Shown: positions 1 through 14,300, counted from the first letter of the stretch. The stretch: DNA of 64,000 nt from Octopus vulgaris (GCA_951406725.2 OX597815.1:199640001-199704000); one strand, 5' to 3'. Program-made: numbers and translations. Notes: a model not told the origin generated them from the sequence alone.

Positions 1-754
1 CCATAACAATAAAAAAAAAGTGCCTTGCCGTAGATGGTATTGACTTGACCCATCTCTCAGAACTGTTGGCCTGGTGCCTAAATGTGGAACTATTTTTATC
101 GAAAGGATGTAGAAAGAAAATAGTATAAAATGAACCTCTTTTGTCAGTTAAAAGGTCTGATGTACATAAGTTGTAATGGGAAAAAAAATTGAGCGCCTAA
201 AGCAACTTAAGAAATGATTGGTTCAAAAGAAAACAACTCAATTAGATACATGACTATTCTTTCTCATGACAGGTTACAATAAAAGGAAGAGATTATAAGT
301 TTCTTCCTACGAAGTGTGTTAAAGGAATTTAGAATAAAGGTTAGATAAGAGTCAAGTCCTGAATTTTGTAACATTTTCCTTAAAAGCAGAATTACATTTA
401 CCCTACGTTACAAACGTAATTTGTTTATCTTCGTAGAAACCCAAATACTTGATCGTTTCTGAAACAGTTGAATTAATATCTGGAATCTGATTATAACGCA
501 TATTTCATTTTAACATTTAATTGGAATGAACACATTTTTGCTCATTCCCACTCCAATAATCATTCGTGATTCTGGCTCAACAGCTCAGATTAGGACTTTA
601 TCATCGTCCAACGCCTGTTGTCCATGTTGGCATAGGTTGGATGGTTTGACCAGGGCTCGTAAGCTGCATGGCTTACCAGACTCCAGTCTTATTTGGCATG
701 GTTTTCTATGGTTTGATGCCCTTCCTAATGTTAAGTTATAAAATTGCCCCTTAA

Positions 755-975
755 CCCTTTAGTGTTCACATTACTCTGTTAAATGTAATACTTTTTCACT
801 CAAATTGTTTTGAATTAATCATGCATTATCTTATAGCTTTGAGGTTTCAGTGATGTGATTGTTTATTTTTAGAATGTCAATGTAGGTTAGGTGTGAGAGG
901 CTAGATATGACCACTTTGAATATAAAACATGGGGAATATATTGGGCTGGATAAGGCCAGTTTAAACACTAAATGG
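755..975. mobile_element. piggyBac-like MITE, family 1
   Basis: TTAA on both sides, CCCTTTAGTGTT terminal inverted repeat (right one has a mismatch), about 220 bp. Confidence 0.85.
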
Positions 976-2406
976 TTAAAGAACTTCAATTTCTTTGAAA
1001 TTATGGTATTGGAAATATTTGGATATGAAAGAAATGTTTACATGATTTCAAATGCTTTTCAACTTTGCATGATATATAGCACTTGTATCTAACTAAAAAT
1101 AGTTTCCATACGGAAATTCTTGTGTAAAATCTTTTATACATAGCTTTATTGAACTTTTAAGTTCTTTTTAAGTTGCAGTTTCTAGTTTTCAGTACTAAAT
1201 AGAGCAGAAGAATATTACATAACCAAGAAAAATTAATTTACACAAGTTTTATGGTTTTGAAGAAAAACTCGGCACAATTGGCATTGGAAAACCTTTTAAC
1301 AAAGTTTGGGGTACCGAACTGAGCCAAAACCCAAATTTCATTTCTGTTGGTTTATATTGGGATTTTCCTTATGAAATGTGTTTCTGCTGGTACTGACTGT
1401 AATCTTAATTACCCACTTCATTAATTTTCTTCCAAATATCTGCCATATTCACCACTTATATATATATTGTAATTTAGTGTTCATCTTTTTTTTGTTTGTG
1501 TGTGTGTGTAGTGATGATGATGCCATTGTTAAAACTTAATGTTGCTTAAAATGTTTTTGCTAGTGTTTGCATGGGAGCGTCACCTTAAGCACCAATGAAG
1601 ATGTAATTTTCTGAGTAGCGTTCTCTGAAAACGTCCTTCTTATCAGCGTTAAAACTACAAGCGATTTCATTAAGAAGTGAAAAATACTTCGTTTCAGAAC
1701 ATTTCTCTGCTTAGCCTAAAAATCCTTTTCTTTCTTATTCCAATACTAAGTAGTATTATTAGAACTATCCTTGGTCCATACCACAGTGTCTCATAGTAAT
1801 AGTTTTTTTTTTTTTCAGGATATATTTATGGTTATTTATGAATAATAATGTCATCAGTTACAGGTTTCCAATGGTTCATTGTACATTTTCTTGCTTCTGC
1901 TCTTCTCCTTTGTCAGTCTACATTTGCAAAACATAAGATATACACAGACGTACATATGGGCTTCTGCACATAATCTGTTGATCATATTTTATTCCCATGT
2001 TATTTGGTCAGTTGCTAGCTATTGGAGAAGACACTTCCTCAGGGATGCCTTACATTTGGATTGGACATAAAACCACTTGCTTGTGAAGCGAACTACATAA
2101 CCACTACTAGCTGGTGCTTTTTATCAGATTGATTCTCTCTCTTGAAATGGCTCTTTATTCTGAGAACTACCATACAGTGGATACCTTCTGCTGTGCTAAT
2201 TGAAAACACCATTCTGTTTCAACTAATTGGATTTGAACAATTGTTTTGGACACAGTTTAAGCTTTGTGTTATTTGTAGTTGCTGAAATCTGCCCTACTTC
2301 ACATGTAAAATGTGTGTGTGTGTATTTATATACATATATTTGTATTTATGAATATGCAAATATCTGTGTGTATGTATGTATGTATACTATTTACTACTAT
2401 TTACTA

Positions 2407-2762
2407 TTTTACTTGTTTCAGTCATTTGACTGCGGCCATGCTGGAGCACCACCTTTAGTACTTATTCTATCGGTCTCTTTTTGCCGAACTGCTAAGTGAC
2501 GGGGACCTAAACACACCAGCATCGGTTGTCAAGCAATGCTAGGGGGACAAACACAGACACACAAACACACACACATATACATATATATACATATATACGA
2601 CAGGCTTCTTTCAGTTTCCGTCTACCAAATCCACTCACAAGGCATTGGTCGGCCCAGGGCTATAGCAGAAGACACTTGCCCAAGATGCCACGCAGTGGGA
2701 CTGAACCCGCAACCGTGTGGTTGGTTAGCAAGCTACTTACCACACAGCCACTCCTGCGCCTA
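2407..2762 (-). mobile_element. tRNA-derived SINE, family A (internal deletion)
   Basis: Reverse complement of the 34354 copy; tRNA-like head, internal CA/TA microsatellite, ccagcatggccgcag tail. Confidence 0.85.
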
Positions 2763-2799
2763 TGTATGTATGTATGTATATATATATATATATATATAT

Positions 2800-3066
2800 G
2801 CAGTGCCGCTGGACAGGCTCCTGTGCAGGTGGCACGTAAAAGAGACCATTTGAACGTGGTCGTTGCCAGTGCTGCCTGACTGGCCCTCGTGCCGGTGGCA
2901 TGTAAAAGCACCCACTACACTCGAAGTGGTGGCATTAGGAAGGGCATCCAGCTGTAGAAACTCTGCCAGATCAAGATTGGAGCCTAGTACAGCTATCTGG
3001 TTCGCCAGTCCTGAGTCAAATCATCCGATCCATACTAGCATGGAAAGCAGATGTTAAACGATGATG
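2800..3066 (+). mobile_element. Retroposon family B (5'-truncated, (GAT)n tail, probably an RTE-type LINE/SINE 3' end)
   Basis: aggaagggcatccagctgtagaaa core, ending gttaaacgatgatg; internal repeated ggtggca-gtaaaa units. Confidence 0.75.
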
Positions 3067-3469
3067 CGCACACACAGACGCACACGTTCATAAGAATGTC
3101 GTGGCTGTGTGGTTTAGAATCTTGCTTCTAAACTATGTGGCCTCATTCAGTCCTACTGCTGGGCACCTTGGGCAAGTGTCTTCTATTGCTCCAGGTTGAC
3201 CAGTACCTTGTAAGTAGATCTGATTAACATAAACTGAAAGTAGGCTTGTGCACACTTTAGCTTGGATGTCACTTGACGTTCGTATGCAAACATCACTGTT
3301 CTATTAGAAGATTGTTTATTTCCAGTCTTAAGTGGGAAACCTCTTTGACCATGGGACATGATGTAATAGTGAATATTAGATCTACATTTATATATATTTA
3401 TATCCCTATGTATATTCATTTCTGCATGTATGCTCACAAATTAGGAGGTTTTTACATTTCTATATTTAA

Positions 3470-3920
3470 GAGATGAGGAATTATGTACATTATCATTATT
3501 TACATTTGATGGATATTTGTCCTCATCTTGTTTGGTTGTTAACACAATATTTTGGTTGATATACCCTCCAGCCTTCATCAGGTGTCTTGGGTGAAATTTT
3601 GAACCTGAGTTCTCAATTCTTAAGTTATTTTTCGATATTGTTATTATGTAGGTCACTGCCTGGAATCAAACTCTGAATCTTGTGGGTAATAGCCCGTGCT
3701 TTTCACCACTACGCCATATACCCGTGGGCTGCTGACCCCAAGATTCCAAGTTCGATTCCAGGCAGTGACCTGAATAATAATATCGAAAAATACCTTAGGA
3801 ATGAGAACCCAGGTTCAAAATGTCCCTAAGACACCTGATGAAGGCTGGAGAGTGTATCAGCCGAAACATTGTGTTAACAACAAACGATGAGGACAAATAT
3901 CTGTTGAATGTAAATAATGG
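3470..3920. mobile_element. Head-to-head inverted pair of a tRNA-headed SINE with a hammerhead-like tail
   Basis: About 3495-3695 is the reverse complement of about 3724-3920; A box tggcgtagtgg (minus strand), B box gttcgattcc; CTGATGA...GAAA motif. Confidence 0.8.
3830..3875 (+). ncRNA. Minimal type I hammerhead ribozyme-like motif (Penelope type), partly decayed
   Basis: Stem I gacac/gtgtt, core CTGATGA, stem II ggctg/cagcc, GAAA, minimal stem III; an antisense copy at 3541-3586 has GAAA changed to AAAA. Confidence 0.55.
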
Positions 3921-4021
3921 AAGTCTTTGTTTCCACCTGTTAAGTGATATATCGGAAAGTTAATTTACGTTATTTGATCTTATTTATTAAAACGGTTTAT
4001 AACAATTTAATTAAATTGTAA

Positions 4022-5160
4022 CATTTGTACTATAGGTTTATATTTATTCCATTTTCAACTTACTATTATTTTGGCTTTGTAATTTTGTTTAGACACTTTG
4101 ATAACATCGTAAATTGTACTTGGAGTAATTAATTGCTTTGATGTGTATCTTAATTTATAATCATGACTGTTATCAAAATTAGTGGGTCTTGAATCTCTGC
4201 TTAATGTTATCGACCAGTTATTAAAATAGGCTTGATCCCAATGTTGATTGATTACAGTAAGTGGCTTAGACTGTTTTTCGCCTGGTATCTTATATAAGAA
4301 TAGTTTTTGGGGACCTGTTTACTAGACAAATCCCCTTTTCTATGATAGCCTACTATTTTTTCTTTTACAGAGCTAATTCATTGAGATTCGAATGATGCTT
4401 TTCCTTTAATTTACAGTTAAAATGATTGCCACACTTTAGATATCAGAATTGGGAGTTATTGAGAATATATATTTCCTTGTATTTACTCTGATATTTTATT
4501 TACAATGTTTTTATCATTACGCATTTACTTAAATCGTCTTTAGAATCAGCCCCACACACACACGCACACACATTCTCACTCTTTACCAGATTGGTTTCAG
4601 TGAGTCACTTAGTTAATCCATTTGCATCTTATCCAATCATTCCGATTCGTATTTCATGTCGTTAGAAATATTATTTATTTATTTTCATTTTTCCTGTTGT
4701 ATAATGTTCATGCATTAGCACTCTCTGACCTACTTTTTACATAGAGAACTTGTCATATGAAGATCTTTCCAGATGCATTATCGATGGTTGTAACTAAAAC
4801 ATAAATGAGGCCAAGAGATATTGACAAATTTTTTCCTACTATTTTATAAGAACTTTGCCCATGAGTTACAAACATGACTATCGAATTAATGATTTGTCAC
4901 TGGAGAGTTTAATTTGAAGAAAGGCTCAAGTTATAAAATTCTTTTCCATAGAGTAACTTTGTCACTCAGACTGTTACTCATACTCTTGCTAAATGTTGCT
5001 TCACTTTATAAATCTTTAACACAACAAATGGCATTTGCTGCCTGTCTTATGAACCAAGTCTTTGAAAACCTAGCATTTGTACTGTAGATTTATATTTATT
5101 CCATTTTCAACTTAATATTATTTTGGCTTTGTAATTTTGTTTAGACACTCTGATAACATC
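4022..5160 (+). repeat. 87-bp direct duplication (4022-4108 and 5074-5160)
   Basis: 4 mismatches in 87 bp; not seen elsewhere in window. Confidence 0.9.
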
Positions 5161-6299
5161 ATTCAAGCTTAAGTAACTTAAGTAATTTTAATTAGATTTA
5201 AGTACTTGCTAGTTTTAAAAATTTTCTTTTCTTTCATATAATACACATAAGCCAGTTTTAATTACATTACTGAATACCACTTTTTGTTTTTATTAAAAAT
5301 TGCTATCATTATTAACATAACTTTAAGAGAAAGGTTTGTTCAATTTTTTAATCTTGCTTGATTTCTAATTACTATTGATTTCTAATGTAGACACGAGGCC
5401 ACAAAGTGTGAAATTATTGGTTATAGTCAGTGTGATCAAACTCGTAATTTGACTGGTACTTGTTTTTATTAAATGAAAGCAAAATCCTTATCAATGTCAT
5501 TTGAACTCAGAATGTAAAAAGATTTTGTCTGGCACTCAATTCTGTCAATTTGTTTTAGAAATAATAATTATTATTATAATTATAACATTGTAAAAACAAG
5601 AAAGTCACGAAAATGGAAAATACACTAAATTAGTTATGATGACTGTGGATGCTTAGTAGCAAAAGGGTAAAATTTGTGTCAATCCTCATTAGAGCATGAA
5701 GTTGAATCTCACCAAAGTTATCATACTAAATAATTTGACATGAAGACATGCAAGTCCTTCAAAACTCTGCCTCCTTTGGAACAGTATTTTTACAAGGGTA
5801 CTTTCTAAGTCTTTTTGTGAGGGTTTTTTTACTTAACTGCATCCATATTGAGAAGTCACCTATTTCTACAATCCATGACCTACTTACTCCATCATATAAG
5901 CTTCTCTTTCACCTGAAAGCTTGCAGCATCTCTTTTCTATCTCATTGAAAGATGAATTTTTCACCCACACAATACACTATACTTAAGATAAATAAGATTT
6001 ATATAATTTTACAATATTAAGAAATGGCAACTATTTGGAACTGAACTGAATTTGTAAACGAGTGTAGGTATGTAAACAAAAGAATGAGTGTATAACATGT
6101 CATAGGCACATAAATACAGCAATTAAAATATAAGAAGTTTGGATGCCACTGGATTAGGATTCGAAGTTGAATTGTAAAATTGTTATGAATGGTTTTGTTC
6201 AAATTTGTTATCCAAAGGGTGTAAGGTCACAAGCCGATAATGTACTGGCTACCTTTGATAGATCTTCATTCAAACCTTCCAAATTGAAAATGTGTTCTG

Positions 6300-6518
6300 T
6301 GTGCACGTCTGTACAGGTGGCACATAAAAAGCACCATTTGGGTGTGGCCGTTGCCAGTACCACCAAACTGGACCTCTACACTCTTGGAGTGTTTGGCGTT
6401 AGGAAGGGCATCCAGCTGTAGAAACTCTGCTAGATCAGATTGGAATCTGGTTCGCCAGACCTCAGTCAAATCGTCCAGCCCATGGAAAGCGGACGTTAAA
6501 TGATGATGATGATGATGT
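6300..6518 (+). mobile_element. Retroposon family B
   Basis: Same core and (GAT)n tail. Confidence 0.75.
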
Positions 6519-7125
6519 GTCCTTGGACCCTCTCCTTGTTTTATTGGCAGGGTGGGTAGATATTGCCATCTCCAAGAACGTATTTCATGTACTGGAATGA
6601 CTCTTTCAGCTCCTCACTTGTCACTGAAGGGCAATGCATTATGTTGTCTGTTGAGACTATGAAACATTTGCATGACTCACAGTAATGCATTTCTCAGATT
6701 TTTATCTTTACAGTCAAAACAATTTATAACCTTCACATGTATCTATCACGTTTTGCATCATCTGAACAAAATTTTGAATGTAAGAAAATGATCTTCAGTT
6801 TAAAATCCCTGAAATAAAAGTGTAAATCACGAACTGACGTTGGGATTATTTTGATCATTACAGACCATGAATTATGGATTATAATAGATGCTGCTAATTT
6901 TAATCAGTTTAATACACCTTGAACAAATGTATTGGCTTGGAAATGGGAAATCTGTTATTGCTGCAATTGTTTGGTTCATTCATTTGCATATGACAATATT
7001 ACTAATGATGCAAACTTGGATATTTAGAGGGATTTTGCAAAGTAAATTATTATTAAACTGCTGCTGTGTAAACTATGAGTATATGCTTTATGGAACCTAA
7101 AGCAGATTGATGGCAAAAGGGTTAA

Positions 7126-7345
7126 CCCTTTAGCGTTCAGATTAATTTGTCAAAAGTAATCCTTATTTATTCACATTAAAAAAAATTTATCTGATATTAT
7201 TTTGTACCTTCAAGATAGGAAAGATGTAATTGCTTATTTTTGGAGTGACATTGCAGGGTAGGTGTGAGATGCATGTTCTGGCCAGTTTGAGCATAAAATG
7301 TGTAGAATATTTGGGCTGGATACAGCCGGTTTAAACACTAAAGGG
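7126..7345. mobile_element. piggyBac-like MITE, family 1
   Basis: TTAA-CCCTTTAG...CTAAAGGG-TTAA, 220 bp; abuts another AAAGGG-TTAA end on its left. Confidence 0.85.
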
Positions 7346-8199
7346 TTAAATATGTTTTTATTATTAATTTGAAATGATCATAAAAAGATATAAAAATGCA
7401 GTTTTTCATTTATAGAATAGACGTGTTTTGCTTACATATTTTAATGTTCCAAAGAATTCAAACTATATACTTCTAATGTAAGAATTGATGGTAGTTAAAG
7501 CGTTTTATCAATATGAGAAATCTGTATTATACATACCTTTCATTTTGTTGAAGCCTGAAAGTTTTTTTTTCCTACTTCATATGCTATTTTCTTCCTCATG
7601 TGCACAGTGGATTTACATATACCACATTCCTGATAGTGTCATCATTGTTGTTTTAGCACCCACTTTGGTATGAGGTAAATTTTCTGTAGCCAGATGCCCT
7701 TCACATGCATTTTGCACAAAACGAATAGCATTGCATATATGATGGTGGTGATGTTGGTTTACAAACATCACATGATGCCAAAAGAAAGACATACACAACA
7801 AGCTTCTTTTAGTTTCGATCTGCAAAATCCACTCCAGGCTTTTAGTAGAGGATAGTTGCACTAAGTATCTGGGCAGTGGAACTGAATCTGAAATCTCATG
7901 GTTGAGAAGCAAGCTTAACCACACAGCAATACTAGAGCCTATATTGTGTATTAAATCCCTTTTTCTGTTTTGATCAATTATTGTCAATAACTTGAGCATA
8001 AAGGTGCTGTGTGTTCCTACTGTTTCTAGAGACAAATAATCATCTGAATACCTAAATACACTGCTTAAACTTTTCACACATAACTAAGAGTCTAAGCTTG
8101 TCTTTTGCTAAGACCTATTTTTATATATAGGTGATTTAATTTACTTGAAACAATTCAGTTTAGTATCCTAAAATGATGTGCAAGTCTATTTTTGTGTCG

Positions 8200-8393
8200 A
8201 CCCTTTTGCTTTCAGAATCCTCTGCCAAATGCAATGCTTATGTATTCATTCTTTTGAATCAATCCTGCATTATTTCATAGCTTTGGAATTTCAATAGTAT
8301 TATTGTTTAGGTGTGATAGGCCAAATCGGGCCAGTTTGAGCATAAAACAGAATGTCTGGGCCAGATATGACTGGTTTAAATGTTTATGGGTTG
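8200..8393. mobile_element. Degenerate MITE, family 1
   Basis: Decayed termini; internal similarity to the 755 and 7126 copies. Confidence 0.6.
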
Positions 8394-11300
8394 ATGTGTA
8401 TAAAATGTTTACATGCACATCTTATGCTATTTTAGTTGTACTTTGCATTAATTTCCAGTCTAAATAACAAGGCTAAAAATGTACTTTAGGGGCGTGCATT
8501 GAACTTGTTAAGCTGTATAAAGTATCAGGAGAAATTTGTCAGAATTTCATATTAATTAAAACACCAATTCAGTTTTTAAGTTTGTGTTTTGAAGTGTGAA
8601 ATATATATATGAAGGCATTGTCAAAGCTCCAGTCTGGTAATTAATAAAACTATAGGTATCATAAAACACTTATGACAAACCTACTCCCTGTAGAGAATGT
8701 TTAGCAATGTGATTATAGTAGAAGATAAAAACGAATCTCGTTAGGTTATTAATAGAATATAAAAGGATATGAAGAAATTATTCACGGTCTAATTGTCACT
8801 TAATCTCCACTGTTTTTTTAATTTTTTTTTTATTACATTGGGGAGAATTGCTAAGAAAATCATATTACTTTCTGTCTAGTTATTTATGAAAGATGTTATT
8901 CCTTTAAATCAAAACCAGCAGATTTTTACCCTGTATTACACTAGGCTTTCCTTCCTAATTGTATTTGCTTTAGCAGTTAAAGGTATGCAAGTTTCACAAT
9001 TTAGGTATGTCTTAGATGTTTCTTTTTCTAACAGTGGTTTAGAGTGAGTTTGGTTGTTGTCAAAGAATTTAATGGTTGCCTGTAAATTTTAGTATTGCAG
9101 AGATAATTCTCCAGTTGAGGGGGAATAAATGAAAAAAAAAAAATACCAAAGATATGTAATCATTTATAAATTTCAATGTTGAGTAGGTGTATATTTGTAA
9201 TATGTTAGCAAAATATTATAAAATAGTATAAAACACTTTCAAGGGGTTTATTGAATGATGGTTACAGTATCAGCTAACCTAAATCTCAGTATATTTAGGT
9301 CATCGCATTTAATTTTAGTTATAATTGCAAGCTTTTAATGATTGCCTGAATTTAAAGTGATTTATATATGTACAGTTTAATGGGAAAACTATTTTTAGAG
9401 CTCAGACTATTTTTAATTACACAAATAAGTATATTGCTTCAGATGAGATTAACTGTAAATATTTTCATCCCATGCATGAATTGATATTTTATTAGATGTT
9501 AGCAAGTTTGGTATAGCCTTGGGTTTGATTCCATTGCATTTAGGTGGTAGTTCTATGTCAAGGCATTTGATAAATTTTGTAGATATTATTTTGTAGGCAA
9601 TAGTGATTTGTTATTCTTATTTCTCTCTCTACATTTACATATCTACAAATGCCAGCTGTGAGTTATTATCTTTGGGTTAGCGATTTTCAATATTCACAGT
9701 TCTGAAGCAATCTCAATAAGTTTGGATTGGGGTATCATTTAGTTGCGAAACATTTTTTTGCTCTTTGATCTTTGCAACACTATCTCTTTAGAGAATCATC
9801 GATGTGGTTAAATCAAATATTTAATAAATTTATTTTCAGTCTGCTACTTCAGTTTTGCATTGCTGTAACATTTTTCTATAATAAATATGAAGTAAACACA
9901 GTGTTAAATGATGTAAAAAATATTACCTGAATCTAATAAATATGATTTTATGTAAAAACTTCATGTTTAAAATTTTGAATTTATTTGATATATAGTTGTG
10001 ATAAAGAGAATTAAAACATTAATTTAAACAGTGGAACAGGGAAAAAGTTTTAGTCACAAATATCAAACATGAAAAAAAAATAAAATCATCTTGCGTGTTT
10101 AAATGTTTTGGCAATATTTCTACTTTAAATGCTTAGTTTTTTTTTTTTTGTTTATCATCTCTGTTGAGGACTTTAAAATAAATTGGTTATATAAATGTCT
10201 TTGAAGACCTAAAAAATAAAAGTCGAATTAAAACATTTGCAGCCTCCTTAATCTTTAAATTTGAAACAACTATTACACATGAATCACTGAGCCGGTATGT
10301 CAGTGTCTTGTAAGATATAAATTAACTGTAAAATCATACCCACCTGAGTCACAACTAATCTTTATTTCATATGGAATTTCTTTGGTGAATCTCACATACA
10401 TCAATAGACAGTTTGCTAGCAAACTATTTCTGGTTATGACTTTATGTCGAAGGCAAGACAATAATCTTTGGCCAATCGGCTATTCTTTTGACAGAATCTT
10501 AGGATAGTGGTTTTCAAAGTTTCTCCTTTTGGCTTGGAACTCTCACATGATTTCCAGGGAGTAGGGAGGAGATCTTGTTAGAGTTGCAGAAACTGCTACA
10601 TTTTACAGACAACATTGCACTATCTTAATTTTGTGAGGAATTAAATGAAACAATGTGTTTGAAAAGGAGCACTAGAATTATTTTTACATAAGTCACATTG
10701 AGAAGCATTGGCTTCAAAACCCTCATGATATTAAATCTGCCTGAGACCACCAAGTGATCAGAATTTCACGTTATATTTCAAACCTCAGCTTAATAATGAC
10801 ATTTTACGTGATTCCTCCTTATTTGCAATTGAATTGAAACATATGTAGAGTGTTGTTCAACAAAAATTTGGTAACAAGAGTTAGAGGGGGTGGTTCTTGC
10901 AGGTTTTACTTTTCAAATAGTTTGTTCTGTCTACCACTGACTTTGTAATGTGTATCAGATTTTCTCAGATAACTGATTGAATGAAGTCACATGGAATGCT
11001 AAATTTATTCTAGTATATTAATTATTCTTCCTTTTCTCCAAGCTGTTGTAAATATCTCTTCATTCCATTGCAACACCTGATGCTGTGAGGTCTGCTCTTA
11101 AAAGCTGTACACTTTGGGTGGTGCCTTGAGTGAAGATTGAATGCCAAGTGTAAATTTCTATACGCTACACGTGTTTGTACGCTTCTTAGAATGGTATATT
11201 TTCATTACATAATAGTGCACAGTATTTAATGTATAGTAGTTCCTTTTTGAGGGATCTGGCCACTTTCAGGAAAGCTTTTGCATGCTTCTTAGGACTAACC

Positions 11301-14300
11301 AGCTTGTGCTTGACTGCTGTTGGCATGGAATCTGTTTCGTCTTTGGCTTTCAAAGGCATGGCAGATGGTTGAGAGAAGTTTGCTTCACGCCTACGTGATT
11401 TTGGATTCAGCTCCATTGTATGAGCTACCTATCCCTGGGCTGACCAGTCTTGTGAATGGATTTGGTTTGGACAAACGACATGTGTGCATGCAGAATGGAG
11501 AGGAACACCTGTAATTGTTTCCAACTGAAAGTACAGTGGTAGTGTTTTCAGCCTCTCGTGTCAGCAAATCGTCTGATCACTTTGTACCTTCAAAATCATA
11601 TAGAATAAAAGATCCTTTACATGCAAAAATGGAAAATTTAGCATCAAGGAGGATATCTAGTTTTGAAGGAATATCTAAAAAATGACATTTTTTATCCAAT
11701 CCATGCAAAAATGAGATTTAAAAATAAAAAAAAAAATTGAAATGAAAAATAAATGAATGTAAAATGAAGGAAGAAATTTTATTTGAAAAGCTATTTACTG
11801 TTTGGCAAAACAAATTTCATAATCGCTTTTCAATTTGAAATGAAATATTGGTGTCATTTTTTAAATAATTATGTTTGTACTCTCCAAAATGGTTGGTGTT
11901 ATGAAGGACATCCACCTGTAAAAACTCTGCTGAAAACAGACACATTAGCCTAGGGTAGTTTTTCTGCATGGCTGGCCCCTGTCAACCGTCCTACCCATGC
12001 ATGCATGGAAGGACTTTAATGATGATAATGAAGATGGTTCAGTTCAGCTGAAATTCAGTTTTAGGTTGAGCAGATTAAAGCTATTTTATCCTCTGAGCTT
12101 ATATCCATTTCATGATAATGTGATTTTAGGGAGATTTCGCTACTTCCAACAGATTGCGTAAGCCCAGTTAAAGTTTCCTTACTGGCTTGTTTATATTGAA
12201 ACAAAATAAAATATGTAACATAGCCGAGCTTTGATAGTGAATTCCTTTTGAGAAATCTTGTTTAAAAATGCTACTGTATGTTTCTACCTCCAAAAACATG
12301 CTTGCTATAAATTTTTTATTCTTATAGTATAGGAATTCTTCAGGATTGTTTATTGTAGCAACCAGCTCTATAAGTATTAGGAAGTATTCATTAGTAAATG
12401 ACTGTGTAATTAATTGATGTAAAGAGAACAGATTTAAATTTGTTTCAAGCCTTAATGTGTATTAATGCCTTTTCCAAGTGTGAACTAGTTGGAGTTGGTA
12501 AATGAAAGGATAGAAAATTGTTCTTAGGAGCGTTCATTTTCTTTTTGTAATTGCAACATATATTAATAATTCATGATGATTGTATATTATTGCTACGATT
12601 CTGACTTCAGTTAGACATTAAAATTTAGGTTAAATTAACCCTCCAAATATTTTACTGCTTCTCTTTAAATTTAGGTTTAGAACATAATGTGTAATGAAAT
12701 GTTTAAATTTACTTAGGGTACAAATATTTTCAAATTCTTGTAGATAATCTTACACTGAGTTTTCTAGAAAGTTCTTTACACAATATCACTTTAATATTTA
12801 GATTAAAAAGCACTGGTTGTAAGAGGATGTTATGTTGAGAAGCACAGGCTACAGTGTTGAAGATCACAAAATATAAATTGATAACCAACCAGCAATCCGG
12901 CTTGACATTATTTTATGAATTTTCCTGGAGTGCATATGCTTTAAATAGAAACATTTTAACTGCTTCGTAATTATATTTCTGTGTTTCAATTAAGTCTTGA
13001 AATAATCAGATACTTAAATTGGTATTGTAAGACTATATGTGCATAATAAATGAGTTTCGGCTATTTTTTCCAACTTCTGTCCATTATGGCAAGAATTGCC
13101 CTAATTTCGTCTAGTTTGGTCACTTTTTCCATTTAGTCTGCTGTTATATTTGCATTAAAACAAACGAGTAAATAATTAATGGTTTTAAAGTCCTGGAAAT
13201 GACTGATTGGGTCCAGTTTCTTCTGGAATGCATGAAATAGAAACAAATTTCTGTCACAACTCTTTCTGGAGACCATTGTTTCTGCCGCTCTTGTCCCACT
13301 GGAAGAAATTGAAATGTTCATTTCAAGGCCACCATGTGTAGGATTTAAAAAAAGAAAAATTTGTTGTAGCTGAAAATGATCCAAAGCGAGTTGCTATTAT
13401 TATATCTGAAATTTTCATGTAACTTTTAAAAAGGATTTTATATAAATGATGAAGCTAAGGATTTAGGAAAAATAGAACAGAACCAGGACATGCACAATTC
13501 ATGCTGTAACAAGCATTAACATCGTGTACAAGTGTTTACACGTACATGATGTAACTTCCTTACTTGTTTACTTGAACTGGTAACATTTTCTTCAGTATTT
13601 TGATTTTAATGGAAAGCATACAGAGTCGGGCAGTTTTCAGAAAACGAAAGAGTTAATGAGCTTAATCATAATGTTACTTTGAGTGAAAATATATAATTAT
13701 ACTAATACTAATTTTTTCACCTTGATTAATTAGACAAATTGCAAAATGTATGCTGTGAATTTCTATTACCGTAGGAAAGTAATATTACATGGCAATCAGA
13801 TTGATTTAAGCATTATTAATGATTAAAAATAAGTATGTTTAGGATCAAATACAAATTCTGTGCCAGTGCTAGAGTCATTAGCTACTTTATATTAGGTTTT
13901 ATATCTTCAGTAATAATCAAAAATTCTTTATTATAATTTTGAAAATGTTATATATAAAAAAGGTTTGGCTTGCTAAAGGTATGCCAAGGTTAAATGATTT
14001 TTATTTCTTAGTATAACTAATTTTGTTTGACCCATCTCTTCTTGGTTCTATCTTTCTAATATTGTATTATCACTGAAGAGTAGGTTATACAACCTTGTAG
14101 AAGTTAAGGTTTCATTCAAAGAATCAGTCGTGGGTAATTACTCCTGCAGATAAAGTTCCAGGCATCATGTTGTGAGCCATTGCTTGTTTGTCAAAAAAGT
14201 TTCAAGAGGTGTGAAGATAACTCCCTCACGTTTTCTTTTGTTGAAGAAACAATAGAATCTATCGTAAATAATTTAGCTATTCTTTCAGTCAGTTTACTTG

